A DNA stretch of 64,000 nt from Verrucomicrobiia bacterium (GTDB lineage Bacteria > Omnitrophota > Omnitrophia > Omnitrophales > Aquincolibacteriaceae): assembly GCA_035495615.1 (NCBI GenBank), contig DATJFP010000020.1, positions 2,258-66,257 on the forward strand, in the 5' to 3' direction. Of the stretch, positions 1-8,102 are shown one piece after another; position 1 is the stretch's first letter, and each line of letters opens with the position of its first letter. Below the pieces are notes generated by a model. It did no database searches, was not told where the DNA came from, and was given only the letters and a program-made list of their open reading frames with translations. Position numbers and translations under genes: made by a program.

Positions 1-540
1 CACCGAAGGCCGGAACCGCATGCAATGCTGCAATTGGAAGGAGCTGAGCTCGACGACCACGATGTCGTCTTTTCCGAGCCGTGCGAGTTCGGCCACCCAG
101 GGATTGCCGATGTTGCCGCAGCTGACGGCCTTGCGTCCGCTGGCTTCGAAGACCAGGCGCAAAAGCGTCGTCACGGTCGTCTTGCCGCAGGATCCGGTGA
201 CAGCCACGACGTGCGGCGTGGGGCAGTAGCGGCTTGCGATCTCGATCTCGCTCAGGATGGGCAGGCGGCGTTCCGACACGGCCTGGTAAACCGGTGTCGC
301 GGGGCTGATGCCCGGCGAGATCAGCACCCAGTCCGAGGCCAGGATTTTTTCCAGGCTGTGCGCGCCGGTTTCATAGGCAATGTCCCGTTTTTCGAGTTCG
401 CGGCCGAGCTCGAGGACGGGCGGTGTGTCTTTGATCTCGGACACAAAAACCGAGTAGCCTTTTTCCTTCAGGAAAAGCGCGCTTTCGTAACCGCTCTTTC
501 CCAGGCCCAGCACCGCGACTTTCCGGCCCAAGTCGTCCAT
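1..540 (-). CDS. murD: UDP-N-acetylmuramoylalanine--D-glutamate ligase MurD, N-terminal part; the gene runs off the window start
   Basis: Minus-strand translation from ATG (complement of 538-540) gives MDDLGRKVAVLGLGKSGYESALFLKEKGY...VTGSCGKTTV, the MurD NAD-like fold plus Mur ligase P-loop. Its start overlaps the mraY stop by 1 nt (TAATG). It follows mraY as in canonical dcw clusters. Confidence 0.85.
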   Translation of the reverse strand, partial: MDDLGRKVAVLGLGKSGYESALFLKEKGYSVFVSEIKDTPPVLELGRELEKRDIAYETGAHSLEKILASDWVLISPGISPATPVYQAVSERRLPILSEIEIASRYCPTPHVVAVTGSCGKTTVTTLLRLVFEASGRKAVSCGNIGNPWVAELARLGKDDIVVVELSSFQLQHCMRFRPSV

Positions 541-1622
541 TACCGCACCTTGAGCGTGGAAAGGCCGATGACGGCCAGCACCATGGCGATGAGCCACAGC
601 CGCACCGTGACTTTGGATTCGGGCCAGCCTTTGAGCTGGAGATGATGATGAAACGGCGACATGAGAAAAATCCTCTTCTTGAACATTTTGAAGCTGGCCA
701 CCTGAAGGATGACCGACAGTGCTTCCCACACAAAAATGCCGCCCACGATGACCAGCACGAGTTCCTTTTTAATAAGGACGGCCACGGCGCCTAACGCGCC
801 CCCCAGGGCAAGCGATCCCGTGTCCCCCATGATAACCTCCGCGGGATAAGAATTAAACCACAGAAATCCGGCGCACGCGCCCAAAAGAGCCGAGCAGAAG
901 ACCGTGATTTCGCCCGCATCCGGGATGTGCGGGATGGCCAGGTAATGGGCAAATTGCGCGTGGCCCGACACGTAACTGATGATGGCCAGAGCCGCCACTG
1001 CGAAAAGCGTGCAGCCGATGGCCAGTCCATCCAGACCGTCGGTGAGATTGAGAGCGTTCGAAGACCCCACGAGTACCAGCACGACAAAGGGCATGAAAAA
1101 AGCGCCGAGCCGCAGCACCGGCATTTTGAGGAAGGGCAGATACAGGAGCGTGTCCGTAAAGCCGGTGAGGTAAAGGTACGCGCCCAGCATGGCGCCGAAA
1201 ACCAGCTGGCCGTAAAGCTTGGTCCGGGAGCTGAGCCCCTTCGAGCTTTTCGATTTCAGCTTGATCCAGTCGTCGAGAAAACCCACGCCGCCGAATCCGA
1301 CGGTGACGAACAGCAAAAGCCAGGTGAAACGGTTCAGGTAATTGCCCCATAGCAGCATGGAGATCACGACGCTGGCCAGGATCAGGATACCGCCCATGGT
1401 CGGCGTTTTTTTGTGGGCGTAAAGCTGGTGGATTTTTTCCGCGTGCTCGCGCTGCTGATGCGCCATCGCGCTCAGGCTTTTCAGCCACGCGATGAGGCGG
1501 GGGCCTAGAAGGATGCTGATCAGGAAGGCTGTGATGCTTGCGGCCGCGGATCGGAACGTGATGTAACGAAAAAGATTAAAAACGATCGAGTAAGCCGTGA
1601 GGCGATGTAAAAAATAAAACAT
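540..1622 (-). CDS. mraY: Phospho-N-acetylmuramoyl-pentapeptide transferase MraY
   Basis: 360-aa polytopic membrane protein with MraY hallmarks (NLTDGLDGLA, HHHLQLKGW) and dcw-cluster position between murF and murD. Confidence 0.95.
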   Translation of the reverse strand: MFYFLHRLTAYSIVFNLFRYITFRSAAASITAFLISILLGPRLIAWLKSLSAMAHQQREHAEKIHQLYAHKKTPTMGGILILASVVISMLLWGNYLNRFTWLLLFVTVGFGGVGFLDDWIKLKSKSSKGLSSRTKLYGQLVFGAMLGAYLYLTGFTDTLLYLPFLKMPVLRLGAFFMPFVVLVLVGSSNALNLTDGLDGLAIGCTLFAVAALAIISYVSGHAQFAHYLAIPHIPDAGEITVFCSALLGACAGFLWFNSYPAEVIMGDTGSLALGGALGAVAVLIKKELVLVIVGGIFVWEALSVILQVASFKMFKKRIFLMSPFHHHLQLKGWPESKVTVRLWLIAMVLAVIGLSTLKVR

Positions 1623-1724
1623 GGGGCCGTCGTCATTCCATTCGAGTTTGGGGAAACGGATTTAGAATTTAATTATCGGCATGCGGCTTTCGGAAATTCA
1701 GAGCCGCGCCGAAATTTTCCCGCT

Positions 1725-3164
1725 TCAAGGCGCGGTTTTGAACCGCGAGCGGGATTCCAGGGCTTCGAAGATTTTTTCGAGCTTCATGCCGCGCGAACCT
1801 TTCAGCAAAAGCCGGTCTTCCGGCTGCAAAAAATCCTCCAGGTGCGCGGCCAGCGCTTCCGGCGCATTGAAATGCCCGGCCTGACCGCCCGCGCGCTTGA
1901 TCTCGTCGATGCTTTTTTCCGCCAGGCTGCCGTAAGCAAAGGCTGCGTCAAAGCCTCCGGAGGCGATCTTGCGGCCGAGTTCCCGGTGCCGCGCCTCGGC
2001 TTCGCCGCCCAGCTCCAGCATGTCCGCGAAAATCACGATCTTGCGGCGCTGCCCGGCCCAATCGTGAAACGCTTTCAGCGCCTTGTCGAAAGATTCCGGG
2101 CTCGCGTTGTAGGCGTCGAAGATGACGCGGATGCCCTGCCCCAGGGACTTCGGCGTGAACCGGCCGTCGGGAAGCTTCATGCGTTCCCAGCGGGAAGGAA
2201 GTTTATCCAGGGAATAGCCCAGGGCCTCCATCATGGCCAGCGCCATGGCCGCATTCACGGCCAGGAACGGCGCCGCGCCGGGAAACGAGAAATCCCAGCG
2301 GCCGTTCAAGCGGAAATTCACCCACTCGCCTTCCATGCGCGCGTCGGTGACGCGGTAATCGGCCTTCGCCGTCGTTCCTACGCGCAGGGCTTTGACGTCG
2401 AGCGCGGCAACGGCTTTCCCGATGACTTCGTCATGATCCGGGATCACGGCCGGAGCCCCCGCGGGCAGCGAACAGATGAGTCCCAGCTTGGTTTCGTAAA
2501 TCGTTTCCAGCGAGCCGAAGCCTTCGAGATGCACCGGCGCCACCATCGTCAAAATTCCGGCGGTCGGCTGCAGGATCGTGGCCAGGTAAGCGATCTCGCC
2601 CGCATGGTTGGCGCCGAGCTCATTGACCGCGCAGCGATGCGTCTTGTCCAGGTAAAGAAGGCTGATGGGAAGCCCGAGCTGGTTATTGAAATTGCCGCGG
2701 TTGGAGAGGACCGCCTCGCTGCCTTCGGCTTCGCGCAGGAGAAATGAAAGAAATTCCTTGGTGCTGGTTTTGCCCACGCTGCCGGTAATGCCGACGACCG
2801 GGATGGAAAACCGGCGGCGGTGCCATTTCCCCAATTCCGCGAGCGCTTCGGCCGTATCCGCCACCGGAAGGAGATTCTTGAAAGACGGATTTTGAAACCG
2901 GACAGTCTCTTTTTGATAAACGGACCGGGAGATCAAAGCGCCGGAAGCGCCTCTTTTGAAAGCTTCTTCGAGATAACGGTGCCCGTCTTCCTTGGTGCCC
3001 TGCAGGGCCAGGAAAAAATCTCCCGGCTTCAGCGTGCGGGTATCGATCGAAATGCCCTGCGGGGAGAGAGAGGGATCGGGATGCTCTAAGGAGGTGTTTA
3101 AAAAACGCGCGGCCTCAGGAAAGGAAAACACGGGCCTTCCTTTGCAACGCCTCCCGGGCCACAA
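1725..3164 (-). CDS. murF: UDP-N-acetylmuramoyl-tripeptide--D-alanyl-D-alanine ligase MurF
   Basis: 479 aa. Mur ligase P-loop GITGSVGKTSTKE and N-terminal ISIDTRTLKPGDFFLAL motif. TTG start at 3164 overlaps the murE 3' end by about 50 nt, so the exact start is uncertain. Confidence 0.9.
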   Translation of the reverse strand: MWPGRRCKGRPVFSFPEAARFLNTSLEHPDPSLSPQGISIDTRTLKPGDFFLALQGTKEDGHRYLEEAFKRGASGALISRSVYQKETVRFQNPSFKNLLPVADTAEALAELGKWHRRRFSIPVVGITGSVGKTSTKEFLSFLLREAEGSEAVLSNRGNFNNQLGLPISLLYLDKTHRCAVNELGANHAGEIAYLATILQPTAGILTMVAPVHLEGFGSLETIYETKLGLICSLPAGAPAVIPDHDEVIGKAVAALDVKALRVGTTAKADYRVTDARMEGEWVNFRLNGRWDFSFPGAAPFLAVNAAMALAMMEALGYSLDKLPSRWERMKLPDGRFTPKSLGQGIRVIFDAYNASPESFDKALKAFHDWAGQRRKIVIFADMLELGGEAEARHRELGRKIASGGFDAAFAYGSLAEKSIDEIKRAGGQAGHFNAPEALAAHLEDFLQPEDRLLLKGSRGMKLEKIFEALESRSRFKTAP

Positions 3165-4599
3165 TCCGGTCGTCGAAAGGAATTTTCCTGTCGCCCAGGA
3201 TCTGGTAATCCTCGTGGCCTTTGCCGAGGATCATGACCACGTCGCCGGGCTCGGCCAGGGAAATCGCCTCGTGAATCGCGCGTTCCCTGTCCAGGATTTC
3301 CTGCGCGCGGCAAACCGAATCTCCCACGGGAAGGCCTTTTTTCATGTCCTGCAGGATGCTTTCGGGATCTTCGGAGCGCGGATTGTCGGAAGTAAGGACG
3401 ACAAGATCGGAATAGCGGCACGCGCTTTGAGTCATGAGCGGCCTCTTCGCGCGATCGCGGTCGCCGCCGCAGCCGAATACCGTGATGATGCGGGCCGGCG
3501 CATATTTGCGCGCTTCGCGGAGCACATTGTCGAAGGCGTCCGGCGTATGCGCGTAGTCGACGAACACGTTCAAGTCGCCGCTCGGCGTAATGCGTTCCAG
3601 GCGTCCGGGAATGCCGGGAATTTCGGCGAAGTCTTCGCGGAAATCCGCCGGGTCATATCCCAGAAGCTCGAGTCCGCCCAGCACGCAAAGCGCGTTGGCC
3701 ACGTTGTGGCGCAGCGGGAGCTTCATCTGGATCGGGACTTCGCGGTTCTTGTAGCAAAATTTGAAGCTGCTTCCTTTGAAAGAGGCGTCGATGTCCTTGG
3801 CCCAGTAATCCGCTTCCTGGACCAGGCTGAAACTGCGCGCGCTGGGAAATTCTTCGAGCAGCCGCTGGCCGTACGGGCAGTCGAGATTGATGAGGCTGCG
3901 GCGCGGCTGCGGGTGCGCGCTGAACAAAAGGCGCTTGGCCTCGTAGTACTGTTCCAGGTCTTGGTGATAATCCATGTGATCCTGCGTGAGCTGCGTGAAG
4001 ATGGCAAGATCGAACTGCAGCCCATGCACCCGGCTTTGATGCAGCGCATGCGAGGAAACTTCCATCACGCAGTAACGCACGTTGACGCGACGCATTTCAT
4101 CCAGCATGGGGACCAGGGTTTCGGGGCCCGGCGTGGTGTTGGGCGCGGGAAGCTTCTTGGTCGAGAGATCGTACCAGAGCGTGCCCAGATACGCGGCCGG
4201 GCCTTTTTTGCTCAGGAGTTTTTGAAGGAGGTAGGAAATCGTGGTCTTGCCGTTGGTGCCGGTCGTGCCGATGAGCCGCACGTGCTGGTCCGGGTGATGA
4301 TAGTGGCGGTGGAGCAGCTCCGTGAGGCAGGCGTGGGAGTTCGGCACCTGGATGCCGGTCACGCCCGGAGGAATCACCAGGTCTTCGGGCATGCGCTCGA
4401 AGACAAGGACTGCCGCCTCGGCATGCACGGCCTGCATGAGAAAATCATGCCCGTCCATGCGCGATCCGGAACAGGCCACGAACACGTCGCCTTTTTCGAT
4501 GGCGCGGGAGTCGGAGGTGATTTTGCCGAGGTTTTTTTGCGAAACCCAGTTGATCTTGCGGATCAGAGTCATCCCTTCGAACAAGGCTTCCAATCTCAC
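3115..4599 (-). CDS. murE: UDP-N-acetylmuramoyl-L-alanyl-D-glutamate--2,6-diaminopimelate ligase MurE
   Basis: 494 aa with GTTGTNGKTT P-loop, a DNPR motif (DNPRSEDP) and a Mur ligase C-terminal domain. Confidence 0.92.
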   Translation of the reverse strand: MRLEALFEGMTLIRKINWVSQKNLGKITSDSRAIEKGDVFVACSGSRMDGHDFLMQAVHAEAAVLVFERMPEDLVIPPGVTGIQVPNSHACLTELLHRHYHHPDQHVRLIGTTGTNGKTTISYLLQKLLSKKGPAAYLGTLWYDLSTKKLPAPNTTPGPETLVPMLDEMRRVNVRYCVMEVSSHALHQSRVHGLQFDLAIFTQLTQDHMDYHQDLEQYYEAKRLLFSAHPQPRRSLINLDCPYGQRLLEEFPSARSFSLVQEADYWAKDIDASFKGSSFKFCYKNREVPIQMKLPLRHNVANALCVLGGLELLGYDPADFREDFAEIPGIPGRLERITPSGDLNVFVDYAHTPDAFDNVLREARKYAPARIITVFGCGGDRDRAKRPLMTQSACRYSDLVVLTSDNPRSEDPESILQDMKKGLPVGDSVCRAQEILDRERAIHEAISLAEPGDVVMILGKGHEDYQILGDRKIPFDDRIVAREALQRKARVFLS

Positions 4600-4637
4600 A
4601 GAAATCTCCCGATCGCAGCGCGATCCGTTTTAGGTCC

Positions 4638-5081
4638 CTACTTCTTTTCCAGTTGAAATTGAATTTCCGGTGAAACCGCCCTCAAAGCGTTGATGTCTTT
4701 CAATCCCCGCGATGCAAAAGTCACGTCCGCGAAAAAATCGTCAAGGACCAGGTCCGGCTTCTGGGCAGCATACGCCCAATCCTGCAAGAGCGTCACGGGC
4801 ACTTTGTGCCCCGAAAGGCGCACGTTCAACGCGCCGGACAAAAGGCTGGCCGGATCGTACTCGACTTTCACGTCGCCGGAATGGACTTTCACCTTGTTGT
4901 CCCATTCCAGCCGGAGATTCTTGATGTAAAACACCGGCCGAAAAAAAACCGGCGCGTATTGACCTTCGACGCGGGCGTCCAGCCGCGTTCCGAGCTGCCG
5001 GTACACCCCGTAGCCTACGACCGGGAACAAAAGCCCGCCAAAGGCGATCACGGCTAAAACAGCTCCAAGTTTCCGGGCCAT
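4638..5081 (-). CDS. Hypothetical bitopic membrane protein (N-terminal TM helix plus about 110-aa extracytoplasmic domain)
   Basis: 147-aa ORF with a hydrophobic N-terminus (LGAVLAVIAFGGLLFPVVGYGVY). It sits where ftsL/ftsI would be expected upstream of murE but shows no coiled coil or PBP motifs. Confidence 0.5.
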   Translation of the reverse strand: MARKLGAVLAVIAFGGLLFPVVGYGVYRQLGTRLDARVEGQYAPVFFRPVFYIKNLRLEWDNKVKVHSGDVKVEYDPASLLSGALNVRLSGHKVPVTLLQDWAYAAQKPDLVLDDFFADVTFASRGLKDINALRAVSPEIQFQLEKK

Positions 5082-5094
5082 AAGCCTCCGCGGA

Positions 5095-5766
5095 TTAAGG
5101 CGTCACTTTCTGCGGCGAGATCACGATTTCGACCCGCCGGTTTTTTTCCCGTCCCATGGGGTCTTCATTGGCGGCAATCGGCTGGAACTCGCCGTGCCCC
5201 ACGGCCGACACGCGGCGCGGATCAATGCCTTTGACGTCGACGAAGTAATGAATGACTTCGGTGGCCCGGGCCGTGGACAGCTCCCAGTTCGAGCGCCAAC
5301 CCGAATACCGGATGGGAACATTGTCCGTATGCCCTTCGATCATGATCTTGTTCCCTTCGACTTTACCGGAAAGCGTATCGCTGACCTTGTCGAGCGTGGA
5401 AAGGGCCGACTCTTTGAGCTGCGCTTTTCCGGAATCGAACAGGATTTTGTCGAGCACGGTCACGACGAGTCCGCGCGACTGGAGCGACAAGGCCAGGTCG
5501 CCGGAGGCCAGCTCGTCCTTCATGGACTGCTCGAGCTCGGCCTTGGCTTTGGCCAGGTCGTCCCGCTGCGTGCTGGACATGGAATCGAGGTCATGGTTGA
5601 GCCGCGCGATTTCTTCGTTGAGCGCGCGGATCGTGGACGCCTGTTCCTGATTGACTCGCGCCAGACGCGGCTGGGTCGAAGAACATCCGGGGAGGAGGAC
5701 AGAGGCAGCGAGAAAAAAGCTCACAAAAGCCGGCTTGAAATGATGGGCGCAATGGCGCGGCGGCAT
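5095..5766 (-). CDS. OmpA/MotB-family peptidoglycan-binding lipoprotein
   Basis: Internal start MPPRH... gives a signal peptide with lipobox LLPGC. C-terminal OmpA-like motifs TDNVP...SNWELSTARA...NRRVEIVI. The longer ORF to 5835 is probably an over-extension. Confidence 0.8.
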   Translation of the reverse strand: MPPRHCAHHFKPAFVSFFLAASVLLPGCSSTQPRLARVNQEQASTIRALNEEIARLNHDLDSMSSTQRDDLAKAKAELEQSMKDELASGDLALSLQSRGLVVTVLDKILFDSGKAQLKESALSTLDKVSDTLSGKVEGNKIMIEGHTDNVPIRYSGWRSNWELSTARATEVIHYFVDVKGIDPRRVSAVGHGEFQPIAANEDPMGREKNRRVEIVISPQKVTP

Positions 5767-5885
5767 TGATTTCTCCCTTGAGGAATAGTCTAAAAAAGGA
5801 ATGCGAAAAACTAGGCGTATTTTAAACGATTTCAAAAAAAAAGAAAGGCGAAAAGCGTTTTTTCAGGGCTGGAATTTTCGGAGGA

Positions 5886-7457
5886 CTAGACGGGAAAAGG
5901 ACCGGCGGGTTCGGCGGAAAGCTTGCGCGCCTGTTTGCTGGTCTGTCGCAACTTTTCGAGGATGTCTTTATTGCGGACGACCTTCAAAAAGCAATCGACG
6001 ACGTGAGGGTCGAATTGGGTGCCGCTGTTGGCCTGGATTTCTCTCAGGGCCTGCTCGATGGTCATGGTCACGCGGTACGAGCGCTCTGAGATCATCGCCA
6101 CAAAGGAATCGACGACCGCCACGATGCGGGCCCCAATCGGGATTTCCTCCCCTTTCAGGCCCTGCGGGTAGCCTTTGCCGTCAAAACGCTCGCGGTGATG
6201 CAGCACAATGGGAAGGACGGGCTTCAGCGAAGAAATGGAGCTGAGCAGATTGGCGCCTCTCATGGGAATGCGCTTGATCATTTCGAACTCTTTTTTGGTC
6301 AGTTTCCCCTTTTTCTTCCATATCTCATCAGGAAACGACAGCGTGCCCGCGTCGCGCAGCATGATGGCCCGCTGGATATGGATCATGTCGCGGCCGGAAA
6401 GCTGCAGCTCTTTGCCCACTTCCATCACGATGTCCCCGAGCAGGGAAAGCTGGACCCGGTCCGCCCCGCCCTTTAATTTCAGGAGGTCATTGATCGTTTT
6501 GATACTTCCCAGCGTGAGCTGCTCCGTTTCTTCGAAGAGCTGGGCGTTTTTGATGGCCACGACCGCCTGCTCGGAAAGGGACTTGAGGATTTCCAGGTCC
6601 ATCTTCGTAAACGCCTGACGGTCCACTTTGTCCCAAAGCGCAATGATGCCGACGATGTCGTCTTCGATGAACGGCACGGCAATGGACCGGCGGCTCAAAT
6701 GAAACTCGCCCGTCGAAGCGATCTGCCCTTCCAGCCCTCTTCCGACGCGCACGCGCTGCTTGTGGATGAATTTTTTGTTTTGGCCGAACGAAAACGCGGG
6801 AAACAGGTGCTCGTGCGTGGCGTCCATCAGCATGATCGCGCAGCCTTGAGCTTTCAGGACTTGCGCGCTCAGGCGGCCGATCCGGGGCAAAAGATCTTTG
6901 AGCCGGATGGACGAGCTGATGACGCGGTGGACTGAGTGCATGGTGGAGAGCGCAAGCGCGCGGGGATGCACGGTCTCATAGAAGTTATTCAACTCGAAGT
7001 TTTTATAGGCAAGCTCGACCTGGCTGTACAGGAATTGCTGGAAAGGCATGATGTAACCGTCGATTTTCTTGGCCGGCAGATGAAGGTCGCACAGGATCAG
7101 GAAGCCTTTGAGCTTCGACAAGTGCATCAGCGGGAAAATGAGCCCCTGCCGGCCGAACGCATCTTTATAGAACCCCGGCATCTTCTCCACCTGGTCGGGC
7201 TGGCTGGCCAGCATTTCGCAGTATTTATGGAGGAAGGCCTCGAGGCTTGTCTGGTTGGATTTGGAGGCGGCGTAAAAGGCGCTGTAGTCTTTGCGGTTCA
7301 GCCGGAGAAGCCGGTTACCGTCGGTTTTGTCAAAAAGGAAGAGCCAGCCGAGAGGGCGTGCGAACAGCTGATTGAAGGAACGGTAGCCGGGCAGCCAACC
7401 CGGATTGGTCAGCATGAATCTTTCAAGGACGGACGCGCTTTTTTTCGCCTTCAACAT
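5886..7457 (-). CDS. GAF-domain HD-GYP phosphodiesterase (c-di-GMP)
   Basis: 523 aa. C-terminal HD domain with the signature HHRERFDGKGYP; upstream GAF-like region. Confidence 0.8.
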   Translation of the reverse strand: MLKAKKSASVLERFMLTNPGWLPGYRSFNQLFARPLGWLFLFDKTDGNRLLRLNRKDYSAFYAASKSNQTSLEAFLHKYCEMLASQPDQVEKMPGFYKDAFGRQGLIFPLMHLSKLKGFLILCDLHLPAKKIDGYIMPFQQFLYSQVELAYKNFELNNFYETVHPRALALSTMHSVHRVISSSIRLKDLLPRIGRLSAQVLKAQGCAIMLMDATHEHLFPAFSFGQNKKFIHKQRVRVGRGLEGQIASTGEFHLSRRSIAVPFIEDDIVGIIALWDKVDRQAFTKMDLEILKSLSEQAVVAIKNAQLFEETEQLTLGSIKTINDLLKLKGGADRVQLSLLGDIVMEVGKELQLSGRDMIHIQRAIMLRDAGTLSFPDEIWKKKGKLTKKEFEMIKRIPMRGANLLSSISSLKPVLPIVLHHRERFDGKGYPQGLKGEEIPIGARIVAVVDSFVAMISERSYRVTMTIEQALREIQANSGTQFDPHVVDCFLKVVRNKDILEKLRQTSKQARKLSAEPAGPFPV

Positions 7458-7583
7458 GCCTCAACCTGTTTTAAACCAGAGCTTTACTCGAGGATATCTA
7501 AGAAGCCATCTTACCCTTGTCCGCCTTGAAATGCAACATCCCTCCGGAACACTTTTATAAGCTGTTCAGGAAATTCCGGCCGC

Positions 7584-8102
7584 TCAGCGGCGCTTCCGCC
7601 CCGCCTTTTTCTTCCCGCGGGAAGGCAGGGCCGGGACGAGCTCACGGTAAACGGAGCGAAGGGATTCGGAAATGACTTTGACGCCCGCGACGGTGGGCAT
7701 GAAGTTGGAATCCCCTTTCCAGCGGGGAATGACGTGCAAGTGAAGGTGTTTGGGAATGCCTGCGCCTGCGGCCCTGCCTAAATTGATACCGAGGTTATAG
7801 CCATGGGGCCTCAGTTTTTTTTCCATGGCCTGCTGCACCCGGCCGCAAAGGTCAAGCCAATCGAGCTTTTCCTCGGAAGTGAGATCGTCCAGGGACGCCA
7901 CGTGCCGCAGCGGGAGAATCAGGGTGTGACCGTTGTTGTAGGGGTAGAGATTGAGGACGGCGAAAGATTTGGCCGAACGCGCGAGGATGTAATGCCGTTC
8001 GTCGCTTTTGGCTTTCAAAAGCCCGCAGAAGACGCAGCCTTTGCGGGCCTTTCCTTTAGGACGGATATACGCTTTCCGCCACGGTGCCCATAACCGCTCC
8101 AT
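7584..8102 (-). CDS. HIT-family (histidine triad) nucleotide hydrolase/transferase
   Basis: Histidine triad HLHLHVIPRW and the N-terminal CVFCG motif typical of COG0537 HIT proteins. Start taken at MERLWAPWR. It overlaps the 3' end of the upstream ATPase gene by about 47 nt. Confidence 0.8.
   Translation of the reverse strand: MERLWAPWRKAYIRPKGKARKGCVFCGLLKAKSDERHYILARSAKSFAVLNLYPYNNGHTLILPLRHVASLDDLTSEEKLDWLDLCGRVQQAMEKKLRPHGYNLGINLGRAAGAGIPKHLHLHVIPRWKGDSNFMPTVAGVKVISESLRSVYRELVPALPSRGKKKAGRKRR

Noticed and set aside
25-645. 206-aa plus-strand ORF at the window start
   Set aside because: It is antisense to the clearly identifiable murD N-terminus and mraY 3' end.
2992-4656. 554-aa ORF on the plus strand antisense to murE, and similar long antisense ORFs at 17845-19350, 23450-25033, 26711-28369, 29632-31704, 31524-33509, 54211-55854, 56498-57904 and 20305-21795
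   Set aside because: Each lies entirely opposite a gene with strong family motifs. Their translations are Arg/Ala/Gly/His-rich with no recognisable motifs, as expected for the mirror frame of high-GC coding sequence.
4638-5081. Possibility that the small bitopic protein upstream of murE is FtsL
   Set aside because: FtsL proteins have a periplasmic leucine-zipper coiled coil. This protein's extracytoplasmic part is not heptad-patterned.
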